55,896 nt of DNA, filler included, from Jimgerdemannia flammicorona (GCA_003990765.1; 3 parts of 3 records of this genome joined end to end with filler, not necessarily neighbours in it), one strand, 5' to 3'. Counted from the whole stretch's first letter, positions 24,051-37,235 are shown. Numbers and translations are program-made. Notes: a model not told the origin generated them from the letters alone.

Positions 24051-26416
24051 ATGGTACAAATACTCAGCTGGGCCAAGGCCGCACGGCTGCGCAACATGAA
24101 AATCAAGAAGCTCATCGACAACCCTACCTTTAAACACTACTTCTATTACGTCACTCTCGTCTTAGCCACATACTCCATTGTTACAGACTCCTTCTTTCTT
24201 TCGAAACTAGTTTTATGGACTCAACCATGTCTGGCATTCAAAAATAAGCCCCTAGTCAACGCTGCCATTCCTTGGCTTCAGGATGCCAACATTGCGCGAT
24301 GGGAGACCACGAACACAAGCGTTGTTGGCCTGCAGCCCTTCAACTCTCCAGACATGAATACAACCGTTTATGCGCTGGGTGGTCTTTCTATCAAACGCGG
24401 CTCATATTCTGGCGATTTTGAATGGGATTCCTCTTACATTTCAACGAATCCCGACTATATATCCTACGCCGGCGTGGTGGGCAGCGTTATCCCCCTTGGT
24501 GCGAACACATCTTTTCCACTCATCACCCTTGTCGCCGTTGTCGATAGCCATACCACCAGTTACCTCATCATCCGCGAGGGCGATACAAACCCGGCGCCGG
24601 TGTGTTGCGATGTGATACCAAATTGCTAAGTAAAAAAGCAGATTAGTTTCTCCTTTACCTCCATTCTTCCGGCCAGTTCAACGGTCGATTCAACAGCTGA
24701 CGCCGGCTTCGTCAGTCAGCACTACTCTTACTCCACCAAGGGCACCTACAGCATTCGCCCCGGTCTTCGAGTGTACGTTTGCCAGCATTTTGACAATCCC
24801 ACCCATTCTTATAACTGGGCTCGGAAATTCGGTGCGGCGGTGGGCATATTTATCATCGTGCTGGAGTTGCTCAAGGTCCTGGTCATCTTTACTTCGTCCT
24901 TCTATTTACTGGGGTTCAAGCAACCCGGTATCGTCAATTTTTCCAATTATTCGCCCCTGTGGATCTGGGCGTTGCTCAAATTTCCGGCTTCCCACGTGGT
25001 TTTACGATCCGCCATGAACCTCGAAGAGACAAATAGTCTTCAGCTTCTCGGTGACACATTCTTGCATTCGTTACCTATGCTGGTGTTAACGATTCAGAGT
25101 TTAGTGTATCGATCCAATCAGATGGATCAGCCTCCGCCATCACCATTCTGTCTTGCGTTGGTAGCTGTGCTGCGCTATGTTTCGCCTTCTTCCGTCTATA
25201 CGTCGTTATCAAGGTCTCCATTCCGAAGCAGGTCCAAGAATTAAAAGAGGAGCTATCGCAGCACTTGGACGCTCATCCACAAGATGAACGACAGAAGCGC
25301 TCGGTGTTCATCTTCGCCATGATAGACTGTGCATTCAACCTCCTTCCGCTGGACTTTATGATTTCTCTGGCGGTCCAAGAATTCAACAGCGTCTTCGTTT
25401 TCATCGTACCGTTGCTGATCGGCCTCGCAAAGCTGTTGATCTGCGTCTCCATTTTTTGGACGTCGCGTTTCCGAAAGCCGTTGGCATCTCCGCTGATGTT
25501 CTCCTTCGCTTTGAACAGTCCGATCCTTCTCCTCTGCACCATATCTTCACCCGTCCGACAACTGGCTACCATAACAGCAGCCAGCGGTGTCACCGCCTGG
25601 GCCAGTTGGCCATTCGACTTTGTGGCTATTGATCTGCCCATTTTGGTGACGCTCATCATCTTGAAGGGATTCCATTACGGGAACGATCAAGATGTCGCCC
25701 TTCTCGAACAGAACCTCGTGCTGGTTATCTTGGCCATTGTTTTCTTGGTGTGGAGGACTGTCTCGGGAATCTGGTATGCGTGGATCAGCATATCGGTTCG
25801 AATGAAGTCATCCTCCGCAACTTCATGATTTGTCGTCGCATACCATTGTCGTCGTCACACAAGGCGAAGAAGGCGAAGCCGAAACCTTACCTTTCCTGTA
25901 TGGCTTAAAACGAAGCTCCCCGATCTTCGGAATTCTCATCCACACCATATTTAAACTCACCATTTGGGTAACGGGCCTGCGAGCCATAGTGTCCATGGTC
26001 TTCGCCTCGCAACCCCCACCACCAAATCCTATGGCCTTTGCTACCACGTCGCCCAAGATCTTGATGGTGCTCGGTTTGGTTATCTACCTTTGTTTCGATC
26101 TCATCGGTTCCTTAGCGCTATTGGCTTCGTACTATGGCCCCTTTTCCACGCGAACCGTTGCGCTATATCTCAACTCGCCTTTCCTGGTGCTTTTTTACAC
26201 CTCCCTTGGCCCACACTTCCGAACCAAAATCATCACCGCCGCAAGACGCCATGTATACTCATTGCTTCTGTGGAAGCTGCGCGACGTGGTGCTGATCTGT
26301 TCGCTTCTTTTCATATGACCGGGATTCGGGTTTTGATACAAGCCATATGGTCTAGACAACGAATATAATTGGTGGTCGTGGTATGGCTGGGGATATGACG
26401 TCACGACAGAATCGAT
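24051..26416 (+). pseudogene. Multi-pass membrane protein of unknown function, apparently intronless and disrupted
   Basis: ORFs 24051..24629 and 24771..25244 share a frame across a TAA. Frameshifts occur near 25120 and 25815, with TGAs at 26316 and 26334. Many hydrophobic helices; 3' end uncertain. Confidence 0.65.
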
Positions 26417-26584
26417 GAGAAATGATGCTGACAGGTATTGGAACTTTTGCGGGTTATTAAGTGCGATCTTCGGGTTGATTTATTGTGCATATTCGATTTT
26501 GTTAAATACGGTGCCGTTGGATATGCTGGATCCGTACAACGGAAAAGCGTAGTAGTTTTATTAGTATTTCAATATTTAAATGTC

Positions 26585-26585
<1 letters not shown>

Positions 26586-26626
<41 letters not shown>

Positions 26627-26654
26627 TTTGTGTTTTTTTTTTTTTTTTTTTTTT

Positions 26655-26694
<40 letters not shown>
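26586..26694. repeat. Interrupted poly(T) tract of about 109 nt
   Basis: Read directly; no TSD found. Confidence 0.9.
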
Positions 26695-26695
<1 letters not shown>

Positions 26696-27489
26696 TCATG
26701 GAAGCAGGAGATTTTCAGTTACGACGAAAGCTCTTATATCGTATAAATACATATATCCATCCATCCGATTTTTGTAATAGTTTCATCCAACTTGTGAGGG
26801 ACACATTTGATAAAAAAAATTCGTCGAGCAGCAATCGGAACACAAACCCTAATGCACTAGTGCTCACTAGAAGAGTCGGCTGGGTTTTAGCAATGCTATT
26901 ACTAGTGACTTCTTTAAGAACCAAAACTTGATTGGAAAACTGATATTGCTTAATAAAAGCAACAAGTATTTATATAAATTTCTACTGACTATTGAATAAT
27001 ATAAAAAACTAAAACAGAATATATAAGCAAGTCTTATACTGGTCTTTTGTAAGAGTACAGAAATACTATATAAATGTTTATGGAAGCTTTAAGCTGTCTT
27101 ATATACTTCAGAGAGCCTTCTGAAGATAGATTTATCAGTATAAATATCATGGCTTTATTTTGTTATATTTGAGAAAAAAGAAAAAATATCTGTACTTTAA
27201 CTTGAGATGAAATTTTGTTCATCTTATATTATATATTTATAATTATATGAATCTCATTAGACTGCTTGATAATTCATATCTAGATTTATAGAATTTTATT
27301 TTTATTATTATAATTTTTAATTTATGATCTCTTAACATTATAATAAAAAGCTTAAATAAATCTACTACCTTATTATAATATAGGAAAGAAAAAGGAGATC
27401 AAGATGGTGGTTGAGAAATTGTCAGCTGCTGCTGAGAAGCAGATGAAGGAGGGGAATGTGAGTGAGTGGGGAGGGAAACAGGTGGAGGA

Positions 27490-27693
27490 TAGTGTTCCCA
27501 AACGAATCGAATTATCACGTCCAAATTTACCAGCTGGATTTGCCTATACAACGAATAAAACAAGCTAAACTTCATTAAATTTGGACATGTTTTAGCTGAG
27601 TAATTGAATTTTAAAAATAATTTAATTTTTCGAATCGAACTATATATTCGAATCGACATAAATTCGATTCAATTCGATTTGTTGGGAGCACTA
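27490..27693. mobile_element. hAT-type MITE, 204 bp
   Basis: TIRs TAGTGTTCCCAA / TTGGGAGCACTA with an 8-bp TSD GTGGAGGA on both sides. Confidence 0.92.
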
Positions 27694-28289
27694 GTGGAGG
27701 ACAATACTGGTGATGAGGACATTACTGACATTGTAAAGGAGAATGAAGTAAGCTTGCACTATAATATGTACCAGTAAGATATGTATAATTATATAGCAAA
27801 ACAAATACATTTATTATATTTATAATGAGATAGATACTACAGCCATTAAAATTGAAGACCTTGAACTTGAGCAGTGGGTTTTGTTTCTTATTGATTGGAT
27901 AGCAGGACTTTCACTTTGTGTGGTTTGACATTGAGGTCGACGGCAGCGGTACCATTGTTCTATGGCGCGCCATCAGGGTCAAACCTATATCAAACCATGG
28001 ATCAACAAGAAATTTGATAAAAAAAAAATTGGATCAACGACAAAAATTGGATCGACAACAAAAATTGGATCGACGATCAAAATCGGATTGACAACAAAAA
28101 CTGGATTGACACTTTATGTCACCCGAGTTCTTCTGTAAGCCACGATCTTTATTGCAAACATAAGCATCTAATTATGTTGAACGATCAATCAACATCTATG
28201 ATGAAAGGTCACATGAGTTTGAGCTAAAGAAATAACTTTCTGTTCTCTCTCCTTATCCCCACTTGCACCTGCAACAACGTCTCCTCCCT

Positions 28290-28920
28290 TGCCAACAAGT
28301 TTCCGTTCTCTCCACCCGCTGAGTTTCTGTTCCCTCCACTGCCAAGTTTCCGTTCCTTCCATCGCCAAGTTTCCAATTCTCCACTGCCGAGTTTCTATTT
28401 CCTCCACTGCCGAGTTTCCGTTCCCTCCACTGCCAAGTTTCCGTTCCTTCCACCGCCAAGTTTCCGTTCCCTCCACCAAGTTTTTGTTCCCTCCACCGCC
28501 AAGTTTCTGTTCTCTTCACCGCCAAGTTTCTGTTCCCTCCACCGCCACGTTTCCGTTCCTTACACTGCAAAGTTTCTGTTCCATCCAGCGCCAAGTTTTT
28601 GTTCCCTCCACCACCAAGCTTTCGTTCCTTCTACTGCCAAGTTTCCGTTCCCTCCACTATTCCCTCTTGCCGCAATTTTCGTCCGCTGCCAAGTTTCCAT
28701 TCCCTCTTGCTGCAAATTCTCTCCACTGCCAAGTTTTCATTCCCTCTTGCTGCAGTTTCCCTCCGTTGTCAAGTTTCCGCTTGCCGCAATTTCCCTCGGC
28801 TGCCAAGTTTCCTCTTGCTGCAATTTTCGTCTGCCGCTAGGTTTCCACTTGCTGCGATTTTTCCTCCGCCGTCAAGTTTCTGTTTGCTGAGATTTCCCTC
28901 CACCATCAAGTTTCCACTTG
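28290..28920. repeat. Imperfect minisatellite of about 23 bp (CCGCCAAGTTTCCGTTCCCTCCA)
   Basis: Read directly; decays rightwards into shorter variants. Confidence 0.9.
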
Positions 28921-29593
28921 CTGATAAATCTAAGTAAGTGAATATAAATTATTTGGGCTTATTGCAATCGGTCAGTTCGCAATCGCGCAATAAAAGTAGC
29001 GGGAACAGAGATATATATGGAGGCAGGTAGGAGTGCAAAATAAATGCAAGGAGTGACGATGAGGGAGATCTGAAACCCGGTAAATCAACTATCGTGGCCT
29101 TTGACCTAGATTCGGCCGAGATATACTTTGCCCTTTGCTGATTCTCTATCTCTTTGTCAAGGTATGATGGATTCTCACTCAATACATTCCTTGCTGTTCT
29201 TCAATTAATCAAGATGACTGTTATAGTCAGGCTCTCCCTTGTCGGAATTCCTTTCATATTTTTTGTCCAAATTCCCTTCCATTGTCCGAATCCCTTCACG
29301 TTCTTCCCTCGCCCGAATCCCCTTCCTGTCTCTCGTCCGAGCCCGTTCTGATTCCGACCCTGCCAAAGTCAGACGTCGAAGCGTCACTCTAGTTTTCAGC
29401 GTTCTTCTAATTTCATATCTCTCTCCCCAATTCCCTCATCGCTTCACCGCTTTCTGACACGGCGTTCGCAACCCGATCCCATCCCTCCGTTCTAAGTTCT
29501 CGAACATATTCTGCCTGCCGCTCAAGTTCAACACAGCCGATCCAACCCTGATGACATTGTATTTTGAGAACTCAGCAAGTATAACCGTATCTC

Positions 29594-29794
29594 GGTTTGC
29601 ATGGTTTGCACGGTTTGCACGGTTTGCACAGTTTTGCACGGTTTGCACGGTTTTGCACGGTTTTGCACAGTTTTGCACGGTTTGCACGGTTTGCACGGTT
29701 TGCACGGTTTGCACGGTTTGCACGGTTTGCACGGTTTGCACGGTTTGCACGGTTTGCGCGGTTTGCACGGTTTGCACGGGTTGCATGGGTTGCA
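29594..29794. repeat. 9-bp tandem repeat (GGTTTGCAC)n
   Basis: Read directly; about 22 units, a few of them 10-bp variants. Confidence 0.95.
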
Positions 29795-31308
29795 GGGCTT
29801 GGGTGATGTAGCTTAAGTGCTTTGTTCAATAATCTAAGGTCAAGTGGAGATAACAAGGACAAGCCCAGCCACGTAAAACATATCTAATTGAAATATTATT
29901 CCATCATGTGATGTGAATATAAAACTGTCGATCCAATTTTCAAGTTTTGTTGTCGATCGTCGATCCAATTCAAATTTTGTCGATCCAATTTTTGTCGTCG
30001 ATCATTTTTTTGATCAAATTTCTTGTCGATCCACGATTTGATGGGGTTGCCCCTGATGGCGCGCCATATTATTCGTCTGAATTAGCCACATTACCAATCA
30101 AAGAATGTGACGGAAATCATCTACTGCGCGTGCGCCAATAGATAAGCACGTTTCTCATATGTAATTATATACATGTCGCGAGTGGATTAGTAAATCAGGA
30201 ACTGGGCATTACGGATTTGGCAAAATTAATTTCCGGACCGTGTCTTTCACTCGCCGATATATCCCAAACCATGGATGCCAGACCGAAAGGAGGATCGCTC
30301 GAATCATTTATGCGTACGTACATGTGCCATGTTTGTGTTTGAAAAATCTGTCAATGTGTGTAACCACGAATTTTAGCGCGGAAGCACGAGCCGCCTACTC
30401 AGGTAGATCCCATGACAAGAGCGGAAAAATCAATCCCCTGTAACCAGTTATGTCGTGGCTGACCAATGCGGCGTCGGATTGTGTTGTCCTCGTTATTTTT
30501 CAATGTGTTTCGCATAAGATTTGTAATGCTGAATAGTTTGCTTTGGCTCCCCCGCGCAAATAAATAAATAAAAATAAAAATAAAAATAAAGATGAATACA
30601 AAAGCCTTTTTTTCTTTCTTTTTTTCTTTTTTTTTTTTTTTGGTCTGCCGCAGGATGTTATATTGTTCCTTTATATCGATAAGCCAGAGCTCGGCGAAAA
30701 ACACGACAGATCCGTCACGGAATTTGGTAATATAGCGAAAGCGTGATGACATGGCTAACCTGGCCGTTCCAGTAATACCTGGCATAATCATTGAAGTCGA
30801 AATAGGGGTTGAAGAAATCGAAATACGATTCCCCGATAGAAACATGTCCAAATTTAATGAATTTTATTGTGCTGGATTTGCCTATTAGGCTTAAATTTGA
30901 ACATGTTTTGGTCAAGTAATTGAATTTTCAAATTTTTCGAATCGAATCGAATCGGACCTCAATTCGAATATTTCAAAGTATTCCGTCGCGTAATTGCTCG
31001 TCGTAGAGCGAAATGATTATCAATATTAAGTACTGTGCAATAGAGATAATGGGTTTGACTATATGGAAGCATGCGCTTCCAAGGCCCGCCATTCGCGTTC
31101 ATATGCGAAAGGGCCGATATTTTTATTACGTTTTGAACCATAAGAGATGGGTGGGAGGGATGCGCAACTGTAGATACGGAATTACTAAAGACTAATTGCT
31201 AATGTACGGTTAAGATGCTGAAGAACGGTAAAGGAAAACTAAATCGCTCGGCTACTAATGCTTTCTTGACGCTGAGACTGGCGTGAATCCAGGCTAACTA
31301 CATAAGGT

Positions 31309-31350
31309 GATCGGCGCGAAAAAAAAAAAAAAAAAAAAAAGATCGGCGCG
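31309..31350 (+). mobile_element. Pure poly(A) insertion with 10-bp TSD
   Basis: GATCGGCGCG-A22-GATCGGCGCG. Confidence 0.8.
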
Positions 31351-31519
31351 CAGGGGACAAATGAAACGAGCTAATTGGAACCCTTTGCCCATCAAGCCTA
31401 CCAAGCCTATATATGTCAAGCTCTCACAGATAGTATTCATATTGCTACTATAGTTAAACCCAAGCATCTGCTAAAGCTGCCATTACTATTACCAAATAAA
31501 AAGCATAATAGTTGCCAAC

Positions 31520-32130
31520 CATATCATCAATTTGGCCATAGGTCAGAGTGGTAACCATTTTAGTAATAGTGACTCAGAGACAGGGAATAAAGGTACTGTA
31601 CTTATAAAAGAGTTCTCAGTATTTATATACAATGAGTTTCTAATGTTGAGACATTTCAATAATATCTATATCATAGTAGCAGTTAACTATATCTTTAAGG
31701 AGATATCTAATTTGATAGTAGCTGGAGAGTTGTGTGATTCAGTAGGCTTTACTAAGCATATTCAGGACATTTAATCAGACTTCTATAAAGTAGAGAAATG
31801 CTAGACTATAGATATTTATCAGAGGTAAAGATGCTATGGCATAGTTGACAATAATATTCCAAATATCAACATAGATATTGTTATAGATTTCAGTAGTCAT
31901 TACTAGATATATATTTGAGAATTATAGTTATTTGTTTGTTATGGTTCTCTGTTTCAGTATATAATATATCTGATATATATCTCTTTGATTTTAATTGATA
32001 AGGTTCAATTTTCATAAGTCTTATATTCTGTAACTTCAAACTGACTTAGCCTTGTAATCTTACATATAATTTCTAGATTTGTTCTAAGAGTGATGTATAA
32101 TTTTGATAACTTAGAGGTTGTGCACTTATA
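31520..32130 (-). repeat. Family B LTR fragment (U3 start and N-terminal part of the LTR ORF), heavily mutated
   Basis: Colinear with about 9730-10396; ends at the same terminus (CTTATA at 32130). Confidence 0.85.
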
Positions 32131-32925
32131 ATCATCCACTAATCTGTCATTATACAAAATTATGTCTAATTTAGAAACTACCAAAATTGTCCATACTACT
32201 AAATAAGAAACCATTAAACATTTTGTTACTTTTTAATAAAGTAACTAAGGGACTCAAATCAATCTATATAGCTACCTCAACCTTCTAATTTGTCTTCATT
32301 GAGTCAGTATATTATACTAAATATATAAAATAGAATAAGAATTGAAATATAGTAGATTATGATTATACCTCTATAGCTCTTCAATAGTAAGCTCTTAGCT
32401 GTTACTCTTTTTCTAGTAAAATAGTCAGATAAATTTAAAATTAATAAATCTGAATTATTTAAATATATTTTATATTAGTAATTAAATTATAGCACTTATA
32501 TAATTATTTTAAATTACTCTATCCCAGAGGTAAATAAAAAGTCTAGCTCAACCCCCCCCCTCCCCCACACTCTTATACATATATCTTTCTAGTAAGTTTA
32601 ATTCTCTATAATTTGAAATTTTGACCAAGATAATATATCATACTAAATAGATCAAGTAGATTAATCATAATGATATATATATATCAGATACTTTATATTT
32701 TAACTTTATAACTATGATAATATATAATAATATAAATATATATATAACTACTAGCTCAAAATTGAGCAAACTTAAATTGTCTTTTTAGAACTATCTTGAA
32801 TTTATCTCAATTTTAGATTTATATATCATTATATAAGAAGTTTTCTAGATATAGTTATATTACTAAATAGTAGTATTATCTTAAAAGAATATAGAAGTAA
32901 ATTAGTTTTATATTTTATTATCTAT

Positions 32926-35900
32926 TATAATAGTTGATTTAAATTAGAAATAATAATCAAAAGATAGAAATTTGATTGTGATATCTGAATATGATTTCTG
33001 ATATAGAATAGTATTATATATAGTTTAGCAGTTACTTAATCTTACAGTTGTATGATTTGTATAATTATATGAAAAGTATAACTATATAAAACTCACAATT
33101 ATACAGATTATACAAATGTACAGATCTCTCAATTATATGAAATGACTTATAGATAAAGAAGTCTTAACTTAGCTACTATATAACTAATAAACTTATATAG
33201 ATATCTCTAATATCTAAAGTAAATAAACCTCAGATTGAAATAGCTCAAGCAAAGATATAAGAACTAGTAAGCCTGCAGGCAAATATACTTTGAACTTACT
33301 CATCCCTATAGCTGAGAACTCTGAGGAGTCAAAGAAGATTAAGTATTTAAGATAAAGAAATCTGCTATACTTCTGCTAGTATATATCAGCTATATTATAA
33401 CTTAGTATCTATTGGTTAATAATTCAAGATAAATATCTCACTTTTGAGCTAAATAATAAAGAATCACTACTATCTGAATATATACTCAAATCAAAACAAG
33501 ATACTCAGATAAGATAGATATGTATAAGACTACTAGTATTCTACAGATATATCTCTGATGAATTAATCATTATCTTTCTTGATAATTTCAAGTAATATAC
33601 TAATATAAGAACTCTATCACTAGTATAACAAGTAGCTCTTATATTATTTAATCTCTGAGAATCAGTAAGAGCTATTATTTATAACTATAAATTATACTAG
33701 AAATGATAATACTATAATACTAATAGTATAGAAGGCCTGGTTGTAAGCCATCTATTATATAGATAAAATTAAGCAGACTCTGAAAGACCAACTCAATACA
33801 ATCTACTAAGGAATAAATAAAGACTTAAATAGCTTCTATATCTGAATCTACTATTAAATAATCTTGGCCAATTATACTAATACTCTTAGAGATCAAGTAA
33901 CCAAAGTAATCTTTATAAAAAGAATTCATCTATAGATAGCTATGATAATTCAATTATCACTAATAGTCTTAAACTTATCAGAAGATAACTTATGCTCAGT
34001 GATATTGAATAGCCAGACATTCTTATGAAAAGAGTCACTGGAATCAGAGTTGAAATACTCAAGATAACTAGTATAATTCTATCAATCTTAATCAATCAAA
34101 ATATAACTCAATTAAAGACTATAGAGTAGTAAAAGAACAGTGATCCTATAGAGAAACTTGCTAAGAAGTTTACTAAAATAACTATATATATATCTGAGAG
34201 ATATAGTAAAGAAAATTAGAAGAAGAGACTATTATCTAGTTCAGAAGTTTTCTATTACTATAGACAAGAAGAGAGAAATCTGTTACACCTATAGAGAAGA
34301 AGACTACTACTCTTATAAATATATAAGTGAGACCAAGTATAAGGCTCAGTTTAGCAATACTATTAGAAATTATAAACAGATCAATATCATTATCTTTGAA
34401 GAGATTGAAGATTCAAAGAAAGAGCAGAAATAGAAAACTTACTCTATTCTCATCTCTAAGAAGAATATCCATAAGGAGCTCTACAATTAGTCACCAGAAA
34501 GACTCAAAAAGAACTCAGTAGAATAGTCTGCAAAAAGACAAACAGAAGTATCTATAGAAAGTAAAACTATAGCTAAAGAAATAGATTAAGATATAGAACT
34601 CAAATAAGTAGTCAAAGATATCATCTAAGACAATACTCCTATAAGTGAAGGAGAGAAGAAGAGAAAGCTATAAAAGAGTAAGACTTTCAAGTATAATATA
34701 TATCTTCAAAGATCTTAGTTAACAAAAAGTCAATATAACCTTTAGACAGTTGGCAGAAATTCCTATCTTTAGAAAATAAATGAGACTGAGACTTACAGAA
34801 ACAGTCAAGGATCAAGAATAGAAAATAATAAAGATCAATAATATATATATAGAAAGACTTAGATAAAAAGAGTGAAGAAGATAACTATAAGATCTCTAAC
34901 TATGCTACCTACTAGATTAAGAATAGAATCTTTGAAGCCATTATTAATATAGGAGTAGGAGAATATATCTTCAACAAAAAAGCTATAAATTACCTAGATT
35001 GGAAAATTGAAGAAGCTATAAAATTTGTATTTGTTACAATAGATAGCACAAAAGTCACTTTTCTGGAAAAGATCTAAGATGTTTTCATTAAGTTTAGAGG
35101 AGCAAATATTCTTATAGATGTGATCATAATAAATACTACTAACTATAATATTCTTATTAATAACCAGTAGCTTCTCAAGACCAAGACTATAATTGATATG
35201 AATTTTCAGAAGATACAGATTATCTACTAAAGACAAAGATGTAAATTTCAATCAATATTAATAAAGAAGTAATGGAGAATGAAAGCAGTAAGCAAGAAGC
35301 AGCCTATATAGTAACTACTCAGAAGAAGAAGATTGGATGAATTAGTAAAGAAATTGATATAAAAAGATTGCTAAAAAATTTGCTTTACAAGGAGTTTATC
35401 CTTATGGAATTCAGATATATTATTTAAAGTATATAGATAAGTATTACTAACATATTGTCAAGATTGATAAGATTCATTATAAAGAGAAAAAAAGAAGACA
35501 GAAGTAGCAAGAAAAGAAAATTAGAAAGATAAATCACTAGCTCTCCTAGAGAATAGTGATGATAAAGAAGAAATCAAGATCAAGATTTAGAGAATACAGT
35601 CCTTTCAGAATATAAGTCAGGAAATATAGCTAAAATAGACATTGTTACAGTTGAAAAGATAGTTCTCAAACCACAGACAACTATCTTTCTTGTAACTAGT
35701 TTAGAAATAATTATTTCAAAATACTATGTCAAAATACTCAAAACAAGGAGTAGCCTAGCCAAGGGTGAAATTTTAATTAAAGGAGAAGTTATCAATTCTG
35801 ATTATATAGGAGAAATTTCACTCATTATTAAGAACTATAATTCTACAATCTCATTTGTAGTCAAGAAGAAGAATCAATTAATACAAATACTGATCTTTTC

Positions 35901-36824
35901 AGTACTACAACCTAAGATCTTAAAAATAAAGAAGCTAGAGAAAATAGAAAGAAAAAGGAAAGGATTCAGATTTATAAAAAGAGATGTTTTTATCAGTATT
36001 AAGATTACTAAATTAGACTACAAGAAGGAGAAAATCACAGATAAGTATAACTATACTATTGGAAATAAATTTCCATTTAAGAAAGAACTCAAGAAGCTAT
36101 TGCATAAATTTAAAGATATCCTCATCACTAATTTCAAAGATATCAGAGAAAAGACACTACACTACTGTTGTGATATAGATATAGAAAATACCAAACTAAT
36201 CTACTAAAGAACAAAACCAATTCCACTAGCATATCAGAAATGACTCAAAGATGAAATTAAGTAGATAGAAAAAGCTAGTATTATTAAGAAGACTATTAGC
36301 CCATAGTCCTTATCAATTATACTAGCTCTGAAAAAAAGAAGTAAGCTAGGAGAATTTACTCTAAGACTCTATACAGACTACAAAAAACTCAATGAGATCA
36401 CTAAGAAGAAATACCAATTATTACTACTTATCAGTGACATCCTAGTGATATTAGAAGATAAAGCACAATATTATACCATCTTAGATTTATACTCAGAATT
36501 CTATCAAATTAGTCTCACCAAGGAGGCTAGTGAAAAGTCAGTCTTCATTACTCTAGATAGAATCTATATCTATTTGGAAATACTATTTAGAATATACAAT
36601 ACCCTAGCAAGCTTCTAGAGAATGATGAATAAGATCTTCTGAGAAGATATGAGAAAATAGATAATGGTTTATATAGATAATATAATTATATTTAGCAAGA
36701 TAGCTAAGAAATATCTGAATTATATCTATTAAATCTTACAGAAACTGAGAGAGTATAGTCTATTTATCAAGCTAAAGAAGTATAGTTTGTAGAAATTGAG
36801 ATCTTCTACCTGAGATATATATAT
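32926..36824 (+). mobile_element. Family A copy, heavily C>T/G>A mutated: LTR (about 32926-33399), PBS, gag, PR, dUTPase, RT
   Basis: Reverse-complement similarity to 10397-11150 and 1744-3705; RT remnants LDLYSEFYQI and MVYIDN. Left LTR boundary approximate. Confidence 0.88.
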
Positions 36825-37235
36825 TGTAACAGACCAAAAACGTACCACCTGAATTATAACTTAGCCGGATGACACGAACAATTAGCATACTTACTCAGCA
36901 TGATGTGACTTCCAGTGTATCATAGTTACTCATGCCCGCCACACTTATAATTAGCCAAGACACCAGATCAGGATTGTTTACCTGTGTCCTGCGGACACAC
37001 TCATGTCCTGCGGACACACTCATGTCCTGCGGACACACTCATGTCCTGCGGACACACTCATGTCCTGCGGACACACTCATGTCCTGTGGACACACCTGTA
37101 CCCAGAGAACACGCCCAAACATTACCAAAGATAGCAAATGTATAATTAGCCACATAGCAACCAGATAGCAACCAACTTGTATAAATTACCCCAGTGGCGA
37201 GAGTGAATAAAACCTCAGTCCGAAAGTTGAATACA
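36825..37235 (+). repeat. Young family-A-related LTR, truncated by the gap, with a 19-bp tandem repeat x6
   Basis: Begins TGTAAC inside the RT. CTTGTATAAAT...CCAGT...AGTGAATAAA.CCTCAG matches the family A LTR core. (TGTCCTGCGGACACACTCA)x6 at 36985-37095 with CpGs intact. Confidence 0.78.

Larger units (their letters stand above)
27961..30068. mobile_element. Non-autonomous TIR element of about 2.1 kb carrying internal tandem arrays
   Basis: Imperfect inverted ends of about 150 bp: TATGGCGCGCCATCAGGG...CCCTGATGGCGCGCCATA, with TTGGATCGAC subrepeats. Absent from the paralogous region near 22990. Confidence 0.8.
27395..30580 (+). repeat. Diverged duplicate of the MFS 3' end and downstream DNA (about 22600-23430), interrupted by two TIR elements
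   Basis: 27400-27945 matches about 22600-22990 and 30085-30580 matches about 23005-23430 (e.g. CTGCGCGTGCGCCAAT and GGCTGACCAA.GCGGCGTCGGATTGTG). Confidence 0.85.

Noticed and set aside
29436..29862. Repetitive ORFs (TVQ/ANR/HGL repeats; also MAD/WQT at 20.1 kb and poly-F/poly-K at 26.5 kb)
   Set aside because: They are by-products of stop-free tandem repeats and homopolymers open in several frames.
36985..37095. Palindromic 19-bp repeats (and the 9-bp and 23-bp arrays) as a CRISPR array
   Set aside because: The repeats are head-to-tail with no unique spacers, there are no cas genes, and the context is a eukaryotic LTR.
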